Shown here: in pieces, positions 8,157 through 15,760 of the stretch
Layout of the letters: each line of letters starts with the position of its first letter
Position numbering within the stretch: the stretch's first letter is position 1
Assembly: GCA_022573895.1 (NCBI GenBank)
Contig: JACZTB010000005.1
Span: 15,909-47,908, forward strand
DNA length: 32,000 bases
Source: Nitrososphaerota archaeon
Lineage (GTDB): Archaea > Thermoproteota > Nitrososphaeria > Nitrososphaerales > Nitrosopumilaceae
Direction: 5' to 3'
Translations under genes and position numbers: made by a program
The notes under the pieces: model-generated
What the model was told of the DNA's origin: nothing
Seen by the model: the letters and a program-made list of their open reading frames with translations, nothing else
Databases searched by the model: none

Positions 8157-9368
8157 TTATTTTTTTGCAGCACTAATGATAGACACAACATCTCTATCTC
8201 TTAGTTGGTAATCAATTGGCAGTCTCAAATTATACCTCAAATCTTTTCCGTAAAGAAGTCCTTTAGTCAAATCAGAATGGATTTCCTTCGCAAGATCTTT
8301 TATTGTAGCCCCATTTTTTAGCAAAAGCAAATCAGGAAGAACTCTTCCCTTTTTGTCAGAAAGATTTTTCTCATTTGCAACAGGATAAATTGAATTCATC
8401 TTAAGCAGTTTGAAAACTGCAACGTTAATTGCAAATTGTACTCCAGTTCTCATATATTCGCCCATAATTCCTTTTTGGATAAAGTTTAGTGCATTAGTTT
8501 GTTTTTCATTTAGTTCATCTGATTTGATTATTTCAAATTGTTCAGAACCAGGAGAATATTTTATCAGCCCTTTTTGTTCTGCACGCCTGAGACTAAATTC
8601 ACTATCGCCACTAACAGGTATTACTATAGAATCATTATACCGCTCTCTCAGTCGAGAAAAATTTTTGTCTGCTCCTTCAACATCAATTTTGTTTGCTACA
8701 ATTAGAGTAGGTTTTGAACTTTTTCTTAGATACGATGCAAATTTTTTGCTATCCGCATTATCAAAATCATCAAAATCTTTTTCTTCAAGTCCACTAGATA
8801 GAAGCGTTTCTTTAACATGAGTTTTGGTTACACCGATACCGCGATAAAGTTCGGTGATTGCGTCTGAAATATCAGTACCGGTTCTAATTAGTTTAGATAC
8901 TTTGTCTCGATTTCCTTCTAAAATTTTAAGATACCACATGATTAACTCTTCTTCTATATCTGCAAAATCAGAAATAGGATCACCAGTACCAACTTCAGTA
9001 ATCTTTCCAGTTGAATCAATTCCGCCAGAAGCATCAACAACATGAAGCAATGCATCAGATTGTGCAGCAATTGATAGAAACTGATTTCCAAGTCCCTTAC
9101 CCTTCCATGCATCCTTTATGAGCCCAGGTAGATCTATCAATTCAATTGGAATGTATCTCCATCCTTCAACACATTTAGAGTTGTTCGGATTATCTTGAAT
9201 TTTAAATTCTGGATGAACACAAAGTGTAATTGCATGTGCTGTTCCTGTTACTGGTTTTTTAGTAGTAAATGGATAAGATGAAATTTCTTCAGAAGACAAT
9301 GTGGCAGAATTAAAGAAGGTTGTCTTTCCAGTATTGGTTTTACCAATTAAGCCAATCTTAATGGGCAT
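8157..9368 (-). CDS. Obg-family P-loop GTPase/ATPase (YchF/DRG-like) with C-terminal TGS-like domain
   Basis: G1 GKTNTGKT, G2 PFTT, G3 DLPG and G4 NKID. The C-terminal ~80 aa resemble TGS (KDLRYNL....LRDRDVVSI). A TATA-like element lies ~25 nt upstream (9388-9398). Confidence 0.85.
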   Translation of the reverse strand: MPIKIGLIGKTNTGKTTFFNSATLSSEEISSYPFTTKKPVTGTAHAITLCVHPEFKIQDNPNNSKCVEGWRYIPIELIDLPGLIKDAWKGKGLGNQFLSIAAQSDALLHVVDASGGIDSTGKITEVGTGDPISDFADIEEELIMWYLKILEGNRDKVSKLIRTGTDISDAITELYRGIGVTKTHVKETLLSSGLEEKDFDDFDNADSKKFASYLRKSSKPTLIVANKIDVEGADKNFSRLRERYNDSIVIPVSGDSEFSLRRAEQKGLIKYSPGSEQFEIIKSDELNEKQTNALNFIQKGIMGEYMRTGVQFAINVAVFKLLKMNSIYPVANEKNLSDKKGRVLPDLLLLKNGATIKDLAKEIHSDLTKGLLYGKDLRYNLRLPIDYQLRDRDVVSIISAAKK

Positions 9369-9402
9369 ACATTAATTCCTAGCTTAGAATATTTATCTCT
9401 GC

Positions 9403-9768
9403 CTAGGAATTGGAAGAGTTTTTGTTTTTTATTTGTTCAAGTGAATGATCAAGTTCTTTGATAGCCCAATCAATGTCAGAAAAATCGTCCACAGATAGAG
9501 ACTCTTTCCATTTTTCTAAAACACTGCTTGCGATTTCTGAACAATTATACAACAAATTCCAGTATGGGTGATGTTCTGCTGTTGCATATGCAAGTTCTGC
9601 TACATCATTAAGGCCATTTCTTGCTCTTGCCAAAGATGTAATTTTTTCACCAAATATTTTGATAATATCATTTTCAAGATCTTGTTCAATTTTTAGAGGA
9701 GTGTTTTGCAGTTCATATTTTTTTGCTAAATCAAGTAGATCATGATAAAAATTTTCAAAGTTTGTCAT
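9403..9768 (-). CDS. hypothetical helical protein (121 aa from the ATG at 9768)
   Basis: The ATG at 9768 overlaps the TGA of the upstream CoA-binding gene as ATGA, which suggests translational coupling. The longer 132-aa form (start 9801) would overlap that gene by 37 nt. Confidence 0.45.
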   Translation of the reverse strand: MTNFENFYHDLLDLAKKYELQNTPLKIEQDLENDIIKIFGEKITSLARARNGLNDVAELAYATAEHHPYWNLLYNCSEIASSVLEKWKESLSVDDFSDIDWAIKELDHSLEQIKNKNSSNS

Positions 9769-10178
9769 TTCAACAGTCTCCGATGTTCTGCCAACATACA
9801 TCTGTTGAAAATAACTTTGATTCCCTCTTTTCTTGCTAATTCTTCAGCGACAGAATTATGGATTCCTTCTTGTAACCAAATCACTTTTGGTTTTTTCTTT
9901 ATTGCCTCTTTGACAAAGGGTAAAACTTGATCTGATGGTCTGAATATATCAACAATTTCAATTTCACCATTAATTTCTGAAACAGAATTATAGCATTTTT
10001 TGCCCATAATTTCTTTTGAATTTGGATTTACAGGAATTATATCATATCCATTATCAGAAAGAAATTTGGGGACAAAATGAGCTGCCTTGTAAGAATTTTT
10101 AGACATTCCTATAACAACCACTTTTTTTAGAGAAAGAATATCACGAATTTGTTCATCAGAATGATTATCTCGTTCCAT
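9765..10178 (-). CDS. CoA-binding domain protein (YccU-like)
   Basis: VVVIGMSKNSYKAAHFVPKFLSDNGYDIIPVNP....VDIFRP is the CoA-binding Rossmann pattern. I chose the start at Met35 of the listed ORF (ATG at 10178). The upstream extension is hydrophobic junk and contains the TATA-like element. Confidence 0.8.
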   Translation of the reverse strand: MERDNHSDEQIRDILSLKKVVVIGMSKNSYKAAHFVPKFLSDNGYDIIPVNPNSKEIMGKKCYNSVSEINGEIEIVDIFRPSDQVLPFVKEAIKKKPKVIWLQEGIHNSVAEELARKEGIKVIFNRCMLAEHRRLLK

Positions 10179-10264
10179 AAAGAACGTTTGAATAGACAGA
10201 ATATAATTTTTCAAGTATTTAGAATTAAACAAACAATTTTTAGGGATAATAAAAAAAATGCATC

Positions 10265-10756
10265 GTGGATACAGAGCCAAAAGATATCATAGTACTAGGT
10301 GCGATACAAGCAGGAATTAAAAAATTTGATAAAATTCAAAAAATGACACAAATTGAACCTGAAGAATTGAATTCAATTTTAGAACAGCTAGAAAAAAGTG
10401 TGTTTATTCGAGTAGTAGAAAAAAATGGATTGTTAGGAAATAAAATAGAGATTATGGTGACTGGAAAAGGATCTAAAGAAGTTGATAAACAAGTTCATGA
10501 TTTACAAACAAAGTGGAATCTAATGTCAACATTATACAAAACACAAGACAAAGAGGGATTAAAACAATACATGGATGACAACAAATCATTCTTTCCCATG
10601 ATGATATTCTTTGGAGTGATGAATATTGAAATGTTTAGTATGATGTTTGGGATGATAGACATGAAAATGTCAAATTATGTTCCAACAGAAAATATGCCGG
10701 AAGGAGAGGATAGCAGTAGGAATGAGGGAGAATTCTACGAGGATGTGGGATCCTAG
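10265..10756 (+). CDS. winged-helix-like protein with Met-rich hydrophobic segment and acidic tail
   Basis: The N-terminal ~70 aa have a wHTH-like pattern (IIVLGAIQAGIKKFDKIQKMTQIEPEELNSILEQLEKSVFI). Residues encoded by ~10589-10696 contain 10 Met in ~36 aa. The start is GTG and the nearest in-frame ATG would truncate the wHTH, so the start is uncertain. Confidence 0.45.
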   Translation: MDTEPKDIIVLGAIQAGIKKFDKIQKMTQIEPEELNSILEQLEKSVFIRVVEKNGLLGNKIEIMVTGKGSKEVDKQVHDLQTKWNLMSTLYKTQDKEGLKQYMDDNKSFFPMMIFFGVMNIEMFSMMFGMIDMKMSNYVPTENMPEGEDSSRNEGEFYEDVGS

Positions 10757-10795
10757 TGTGTATTTTATACTTGAACTAAAAACAAACCATGGTTG

Positions 10796-11800
10796 ATGTA
10801 CAATTCATTTGATAATCCAGGATTTGTAAAAGTACTAACATTTTTGCAAGCTCACAATACGGAATACCTATCGGGTCAGGATTTGAGTGATGTTTTAAAG
10901 ATAAGTAGAGTTGCAGTGTGGAAACACATCAAAAAAATTCAAGAGTTAGGATATACTGTAGAGTCAAAACAGAAACTAGGTTACAAGCTTACATCAAATT
11001 CAGATGAACTCTTTCCATGGGAAATTACATCAGGCCTTAAAACAAAGGTAATTGGACAACAGGCATACTATTTTGATTCAATTGATTCTACTCAAGATCA
11101 GGCATTAAAAATGGCAGATGATCCTGCAAATAATGGTACTGTGATAATTGCAGCAAAACAAACAGCTGGAAAAGGAAGATCTGGAAGAAAATGGGTTTCT
11201 CCCAAAGGAGGAATTTGGTTTTCAATAATTTTGCAGCCAAAGTTTGATATTTCCATTACAACTTTATTTCCAATTGCATCGGCACTAGCATTATCAAATG
11301 CGTTAGAAAAAACGTTAAAGATTTCACCAGAATTAAAATGGCCAAATGATTTAACTATCAAAGGCAAAAAAGTAGCAGGAATGCTTGTTGATGTATCGTT
11401 AGAATCAAATAGAATTGAAAATCTGGTTTTAGGGGTTGGGATAAATTTTGATGTAGATTTAAAACAGATTAAAAAAATACTCAAGGGTTCATCAAATTTT
11501 TATGGAGTTACATCACTTAGTGAACAAAAAAAGAAAGTTAAGCCAATTCAATTAGTTCAAACATTTTTTGTAGAATTTGAAAAAATTTACGAGTTATTAA
11601 ATACAAAACAAACAAAGAAAATTATTTCAGAATGGACAAAAAGATCATCAACTATTGGAAAAAATGTAGAGTTAGAGACTATAGATGGAAAAATAAAAGG
11701 AAAAGCAATCAAAATTGATGAAGATGGGGCATTAATAGTGTCAGATAACGGTAAAATTAACAGAATAATTGCAGGCGATATTATTCATTTATCAAAGTAG
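10796..11800 (+). CDS. birA: bifunctional biotin-[acetyl-CoA-carboxylase] ligase / biotin operon repressor
   Basis: N-terminal HTH (LSGQDLSDVLKISRVAVWKHIKKIQELGY). The biotin ligase glycine-rich loop GKGRSGRKW and the KWPND motif are present. I prefer the ATG at 10796 over the TTG at 10793. TATA-like TTTTATAC at 10763-10770 lies ~29 nt upstream. Confidence 0.9.
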   Translation: MYNSFDNPGFVKVLTFLQAHNTEYLSGQDLSDVLKISRVAVWKHIKKIQELGYTVESKQKLGYKLTSNSDELFPWEITSGLKTKVIGQQAYYFDSIDSTQDQALKMADDPANNGTVIIAAKQTAGKGRSGRKWVSPKGGIWFSIILQPKFDISITTLFPIASALALSNALEKTLKISPELKWPNDLTIKGKKVAGMLVDVSLESNRIENLVLGVGINFDVDLKQIKKILKGSSNFYGVTSLSEQKKKVKPIQLVQTFFVEFEKIYELLNTKQTKKIISEWTKRSSTIGKNVELETIDGKIKGKAIKIDEDGALIVSDNGKINRIIAGDIIHLSK

Positions 11801-11801
11801 G

Positions 11802-12149
11802 TTATTTTTTATTAATTTGTAATTTAGTTTTTGCCTTTGATTTTTTTTTTGTTTGGGCAAAAATCATAGAGGATTGCTCTCTTAGTATTTCCTTTAGATC
11901 GTGTTGCATGTCAAAAACTGATGAGAGTAATTTCTCCAGAGTCACAAAATACTGTTCATAGGTAGACAACAGTTCAGTTTTTTTTTCATTTGCCTTAAAT
12001 AGATACTCATTTGAGCGTAATAGATTTGCGGAAGTAATCAATTCAGGTATTTCAGATACAGGATCTCCCAATTGATTCAAATCGGTTTGAACCTGTTGAA
12101 TTTTTCTACGCAAGTCATAGATCATACCTTCAGTACCAATTTTTGTCAA
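11802..12149 (-). CDS. hypothetical coiled-coil protein with Lys-rich tail
   Basis: 115-aa ORF with heptad-like helical sequence and a KKKSKAKTK tail. No recognisable family. Confidence 0.4.
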   Translation of the reverse strand: MTKIGTEGMIYDLRRKIQQVQTDLNQLGDPVSEIPELITSANLLRSNEYLFKANEKKTELLSTYEQYFVTLEKLLSSVFDMQHDLKEILREQSSMIFAQTKKKSKAKTKLQINKK

Positions 12150-12256
12150 TACAAAAACACGTTATTATGAATAAATTAAAGATTTTCTAACAGAAACATA
12201 TTGTTTATGTAGTAAAAGCAAATTGAACCCAAATTAAGTATAAAATAGAAATAACC

Positions 12257-13711
12257 ATGTCTAAAATCACAAACATGAAGAATGATACAATGTTAATTCC
12301 TTATTTTTTAGCCATGATTCTATTAAGTTCATCCATTCTTACAGGAACTGTATTTGCACAAATAGAAAAAGATGCTGAGTTTATGTTTAACCAAGCCAAA
12401 GAACACTTTGTAAATGGAGAATACAAACAAGCCATAACAATTTATGACGATATCTTAGAGATTACGCCAAATAATATCTCGACTCTAAAAATGAAAGGAA
12501 TAGCACAAAGTAATCTCGAAGAACACGGTAAATCTTTAAAGCAGTTTTTCAAAGTTTTACAACACAGATCAAATGATGTTATTTCATTAACTGGTATGGG
12601 AGTGGGCTTCGGATATCTAGGAGAATATCAAGAAGCTATAGTATATTTTGATAAAGCATTAAAAGAAAAGCCAGGCAGTGTTGTAATTAAAAACTACAAA
12701 GAATTTGTCGAAAAAGTAATTTTAAAATATCCATATACAGCAACTGAGAAACCAAAAGGATTAGAAAAGGTCTATGTTACAACAATACCAGAATGGGTAA
12801 AACCAATGGCGAAATGGTGGTCAGATGGAAATATTAAAGATTCAGAATTTATTTCAGCTTTGTTGTATCTAATAGAAAATAAAATTATACAAATTCCACC
12901 AGTAGAAACACAAAATATTTCTGAAGATAAAATTCCAGAATGGATAAAAAACAATGCAGGTTGGTGGGCTAACGATCAAATTGATGATAAAGCTTTTGTT
13001 TCAGGTATTCAATATATGATTGAAAATGGATTAATCACAATAAATCTTCAAGATACAACTCAATCACAAGAAGAGTTAGATCATGAGTTTTACTTGTTTG
13101 GAAAATATCTTAGAGACATTTCAAATAATATTTCTAAAGAGATGCGATACATTGAATATCCAAATCCAAGTCAAGATGTAATAAAAAAATTCCTTAGAGA
13201 TTACATTAAATGGAATTTTGAAGAACAAGCCAAAAAGGCATCTGAGAAATTTCCTTATCCAACATATGAAATAATTGATGAAATCGCAATTATTCAATAC
13301 AAAGTATTCATTAATGAACAACCTACAGGACTGCCATTAGACCATGTTAATACATTAAAAAATTCTTTTGTATTTTGGGAAGAATATGAATTAGATATTG
13401 ATAATAAAAAAGCTAAAGTAAAATTTGAAATTACAAATTTAAAATATGAAGCAAATGTTTGGGTAACATGGATAATTCGAAATATTGGGGAAGGGGTTCT
13501 TGGACATGCACATCTTGGAAAAGGAATTGTAGAAGTAACATTAGGAGATTATAATTGTGATGGACGTTTTCAATTATATGATGTTAAAAGTGTTGAAACA
13601 ATCATGACACATGAATTAGGTCATTCAATTGGTTTGCAACATGTAACAGATCAAAGCAATATCATGTATACATCATATACTCCATCGTATGCATATTGTC
13701 TTCTAAGTTAA
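12257..13711 (+). CDS. secreted TPR-repeat / Trp-rich-module / matrixin-like zinc metalloprotease fusion
   Basis: N-terminal signal-like helix (LIPYFLAMILLSSSILTGTVFAQ) and ~3 TPR repeats. Two copies of an IPEW[VI]K..A.WW....I.D..F...I.Y[LM]IEN module are at nt 12785-12900 and 12932-13045. C-terminal HELGHSIGLQH (nt 13610-13642) is followed by NIMY. The start may instead be the ATG at 12275, given the TATAAAAT at ~12239-12246. Confidence 0.75.
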   Translation: MSKITNMKNDTMLIPYFLAMILLSSSILTGTVFAQIEKDAEFMFNQAKEHFVNGEYKQAITIYDDILEITPNNISTLKMKGIAQSNLEEHGKSLKQFFKVLQHRSNDVISLTGMGVGFGYLGEYQEAIVYFDKALKEKPGSVVIKNYKEFVEKVILKYPYTATEKPKGLEKVYVTTIPEWVKPMAKWWSDGNIKDSEFISALLYLIENKIIQIPPVETQNISEDKIPEWIKNNAGWWANDQIDDKAFVSGIQYMIENGLITINLQDTTQSQEELDHEFYLFGKYLRDISNNISKEMRYIEYPNPSQDVIKKFLRDYIKWNFEEQAKKASEKFPYPTYEIIDEIAIIQYKVFINEQPTGLPLDHVNTLKNSFVFWEEYELDIDNKKAKVKFEITNLKYEANVWVTWIIRNIGEGVLGHAHLGKGIVEVTLGDYNCDGRFQLYDVKSVETIMTHELGHSIGLQHVTDQSNIMYTSYTPSYAYCLLS

Positions 13712-13720
13712 ATTTGAAAA

Positions 13721-13751
13721 AACGTGCTCATATTCTAAAAATGAGAACGTT
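13721..13751 (+). terminator. hairpin just after the metzincin stop codon (possible terminator or RNA element)
   Basis: aacgtgctcat / atgagaacgtt form an 11-bp stem with one mismatch and a 9-nt loop, 10 nt after the stop at 13709-13711. There is no strong T-tract after it, so its function is uncertain. Confidence 0.25.
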
Positions 13752-13827
13752 AGCTTAACCTACACACAATTAACCTGCAGAAATTATGTAGAACTGATAA
13801 TAGTGTATTGCAGTAATTTTTAGCATT

Positions 13828-14739
13828 ATGCTTAAAAATATAATTATTGCTGGACCTAAATGCCCATCTTGTGGAAATCAAAAAATGGTTACAGATCAAA
13901 ATACAGGAGAAATGTTTTGTGGAAAATGTGGATTTGTAGTGACAGATAAAATTGAAGATACAGGTGCGGAATGGCGATCTTTTGCAAATGACGAGAGTAA
14001 TAGAACCAGAGTGGGAGCTGGAACGTCACTAACAATGCACGATATGGGTTTATCAACCGTAATTGGTGCAGCTAACAAAGATGCAACAGGAAAACCATTA
14101 TCTGCAAGTGTAAAAAGTTCTATTGAAAGATTAAGAACATGGGATAGTAGATCACAAGCACATACTTCTGCAGACAGAAACCTCAGACAAGCTCTTAATG
14201 AAATGGACAAACTAAAAGACAAACTTGCATTAACAACGGCAGTAATCGAAAAAGCTGCGTACATTTATAGAAAAGCAATGGAGAGAAAATTAGTTAGGGG
14301 TCGTTCAATACAAGGGCTAGTTGCAGCATGTCTTTATGCATCATGTAGAAATACAGAGACGCCAAGAACTTTGGATGATATTGCTAATGGAATCAACATT
14401 AGAAGAAAAGATGTTGCCAGGTGTTATAGATTAATTTACAGAGAATTAGAATTAAAAATGCCAGTTGTTGATCCTGTAAAAGGAGTTTCAAGGATTGCAA
14501 GTATTGCAGAATTGGGTGAAAAAAGTAAGCGTAAAGCAATTACAATTTTAAATGAAGCAAGAAGAACAGGTTTAACTGCAGGAAAGGACCCGATGGGGAT
14601 AGCAGCTGCTGCACTTTATCTTGCTTGTATCAGTACAGGAGAAACAAGATCACAGAAGGATATCTCAATTGCATCTGGAGTTACTGAAGTAACTATAAGA
14701 AACAGATGTGCTGGATTGAGAAAAATGCTTAATGATTAG
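13828..14739 (+). CDS. tfb: transcription initiation factor IIB (TFB)
   Basis: N-terminal zinc ribbon CPSCGN....CGKCG, followed by two cyclin-like repeats (GRSIQGLVAACLYASCR / GKDPMGIAAAALYLACI). Length of 303 aa is typical. Confidence 0.95.
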   Translation: MLKNIIIAGPKCPSCGNQKMVTDQNTGEMFCGKCGFVVTDKIEDTGAEWRSFANDESNRTRVGAGTSLTMHDMGLSTVIGAANKDATGKPLSASVKSSIERLRTWDSRSQAHTSADRNLRQALNEMDKLKDKLALTTAVIEKAAYIYRKAMERKLVRGRSIQGLVAACLYASCRNTETPRTLDDIANGINIRRKDVARCYRLIYRELELKMPVVDPVKGVSRIASIAELGEKSKRKAITILNEARRTGLTAGKDPMGIAAAALYLACISTGETRSQKDISIASGVTEVTIRNRCAGLRKMLND

Positions 14740-15128
14740 AATGTCTTCGTGGGGGTTTTTTTAAGAGGTTCAATTATTTTAAGAATTTTGAAGGAAACTT
14801 TGCCAAAATCAATCTCTTTTTCACACGATATCAACAATACGTCATCATTATTTAATGGAAAACTCATTACAATTACCTTATCTCGATATGACATAGAAAA
14901 GTGAACTTGGCCAAATTCCTTATCAAATTCATGCCTCATTCTCACGCGTAAAGCAAGTTCCATGAACATCATTTCGTCCTGTTTCTGATCTTCAAGTGAA
15001 AGTAATCCTTCCTTCATCCCACCAGATACTTGATGACCTCTACTGTTGATGAACCTAGCTGAACGCATTTTAGAATCTAATTTGATGATTTTCTGACAGA
15101 TTTTTTCTAACTCCTCAACATTGTCCAT
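14736..15128 (-). CDS. Roadblock/LC7-like small protein (paralogue 1)
   Basis: 130 aa. The predicted alpha-beta-beta-alpha-beta-beta-alpha order and the motifs ARFINSRGHQVSGGMKEG and RHEFDKEFG are shared with the ORF at 19179-19562 (~30 percent identity by eye). The Roadblock assignment comes from pattern only. Confidence 0.5.
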   Translation of the reverse strand: MDNVEELEKICQKIIKLDSKMRSARFINSRGHQVSGGMKEGLLSLEDQKQDEMMFMELALRVRMRHEFDKEFGQVHFSMSYRDKVIVMSFPLNNDDVLLISCEKEIDFGKVSFKILKIIEPLKKTPTKTF

Positions 15129-15149
15129 TTTTCTAATTAAACAATCAAT

Positions 15150-15158
15150 CTATTAATT
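15150..15158. promoter_or_regulatory. single A/T-rich TATA-like element centred in the 53-nt divergent spacer
   Basis: CTATTAATT (CAATTAATAG on the other strand) lies ~26 nt from the ATG at 15128 (minus strand) and ~28 nt from the GTG at 15182 (plus strand). This is the spacing expected for leaderless archaeal mRNAs in both directions. Confidence 0.35.
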
Positions 15159-15181
15159 GCGACCTGTGTTAATAGATATCT

Positions 15182-15760
15182 GTGCAAACAGAACCCCCTA
15201 AAGATATTTCCGATTATTACAAACATTTGTCGCTTTTTTGGACAGATATCATACATTTGATGTCAAGCAAACCACAAGCACTAACATCTATTGGGCCTAT
15301 GAGAGCATTTGCAGCAAATTCAAAGAAAATCACTACTGAATTAATTGAGATTAATCAGGTTTTATTACAATTTAATCAGTATATTACAGAATACTACAAA
15401 CAACTTTCAGATACTTGGTCTGTTGCTCAAAAGAAAGTCAATCTAAAGGCTCCCGACATTCCTCAAGACGTTGAACAAATAGAAGCATTCAAGAGAATTT
15501 GGATAGATATTTTTGATAATGATTTTACTGAATTATTTAACTCCGGAAAATTTGGAGAAAATTATGGGAAATTAGTTTCAAAAGAGCTTGAGTTAACCAA
15601 GCATTGGAATAACATTACTAATGTAATTTTGCAATCAGTTAATCTTCCAAGCAAAGAAGAGATTGATGAAATTTACAAAGAAATGCATTCTCTTAAAAAA
15701 AGAGTTGGAAAACTAGAGCTAGAATTAAAGAAAAAGGAAATGAAAAAGAATGCAAAGTGA
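15182..15760 (+). CDS. phaE: PHA synthase subunit PhaE-like (class III)
   Basis: 192-aa ORF overlapping the phaC start by 11 nt. Size, position and the C-terminal coiled-coil resemble archaeal PhaE. It has a GTG start. The call rests on synteny rather than a recognised motif. Confidence 0.55.
   Translation: MQTEPPKDISDYYKHLSLFWTDIIHLMSSKPQALTSIGPMRAFAANSKKITTELIEINQVLLQFNQYITEYYKQLSDTWSVAQKKVNLKAPDIPQDVEQIEAFKRIWIDIFDNDFTELFNSGKFGENYGKLVSKELELTKHWNNITNVILQSVNLPSKEEIDEIYKEMHSLKKRVGKLELELKKKEMKKNAK

Noticed and set aside
9769-9801. Longer start (9801) for the 132-aa ORF
   Set aside because: It would overlap the upstream gene by 37 nt, whereas the ATG at 9768 gives the common ATGA stop/start overlap. 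The question remains open without orthologue data.
10179-10280. N-terminal 34-codon extension of the CoA-binding protein ORF
   Set aside because: The extension (MALYPRCIFFIIPKNCLFNS...) is not part of the CoA-binding fold. It covers the TATA-like element and would overlap the divergent gene start. The ATG at 10178 gives a normal-length protein.
11802-11870. Long T/A homopolymer runs near 11800-11860 as possible frameshift or pseudogene evidence
   Set aside because: They encode the Lys-rich C-terminal tail (KKKSKAKTK...NKK) of the minus-strand ORF, with the frame intact. There is no evidence of disruption.
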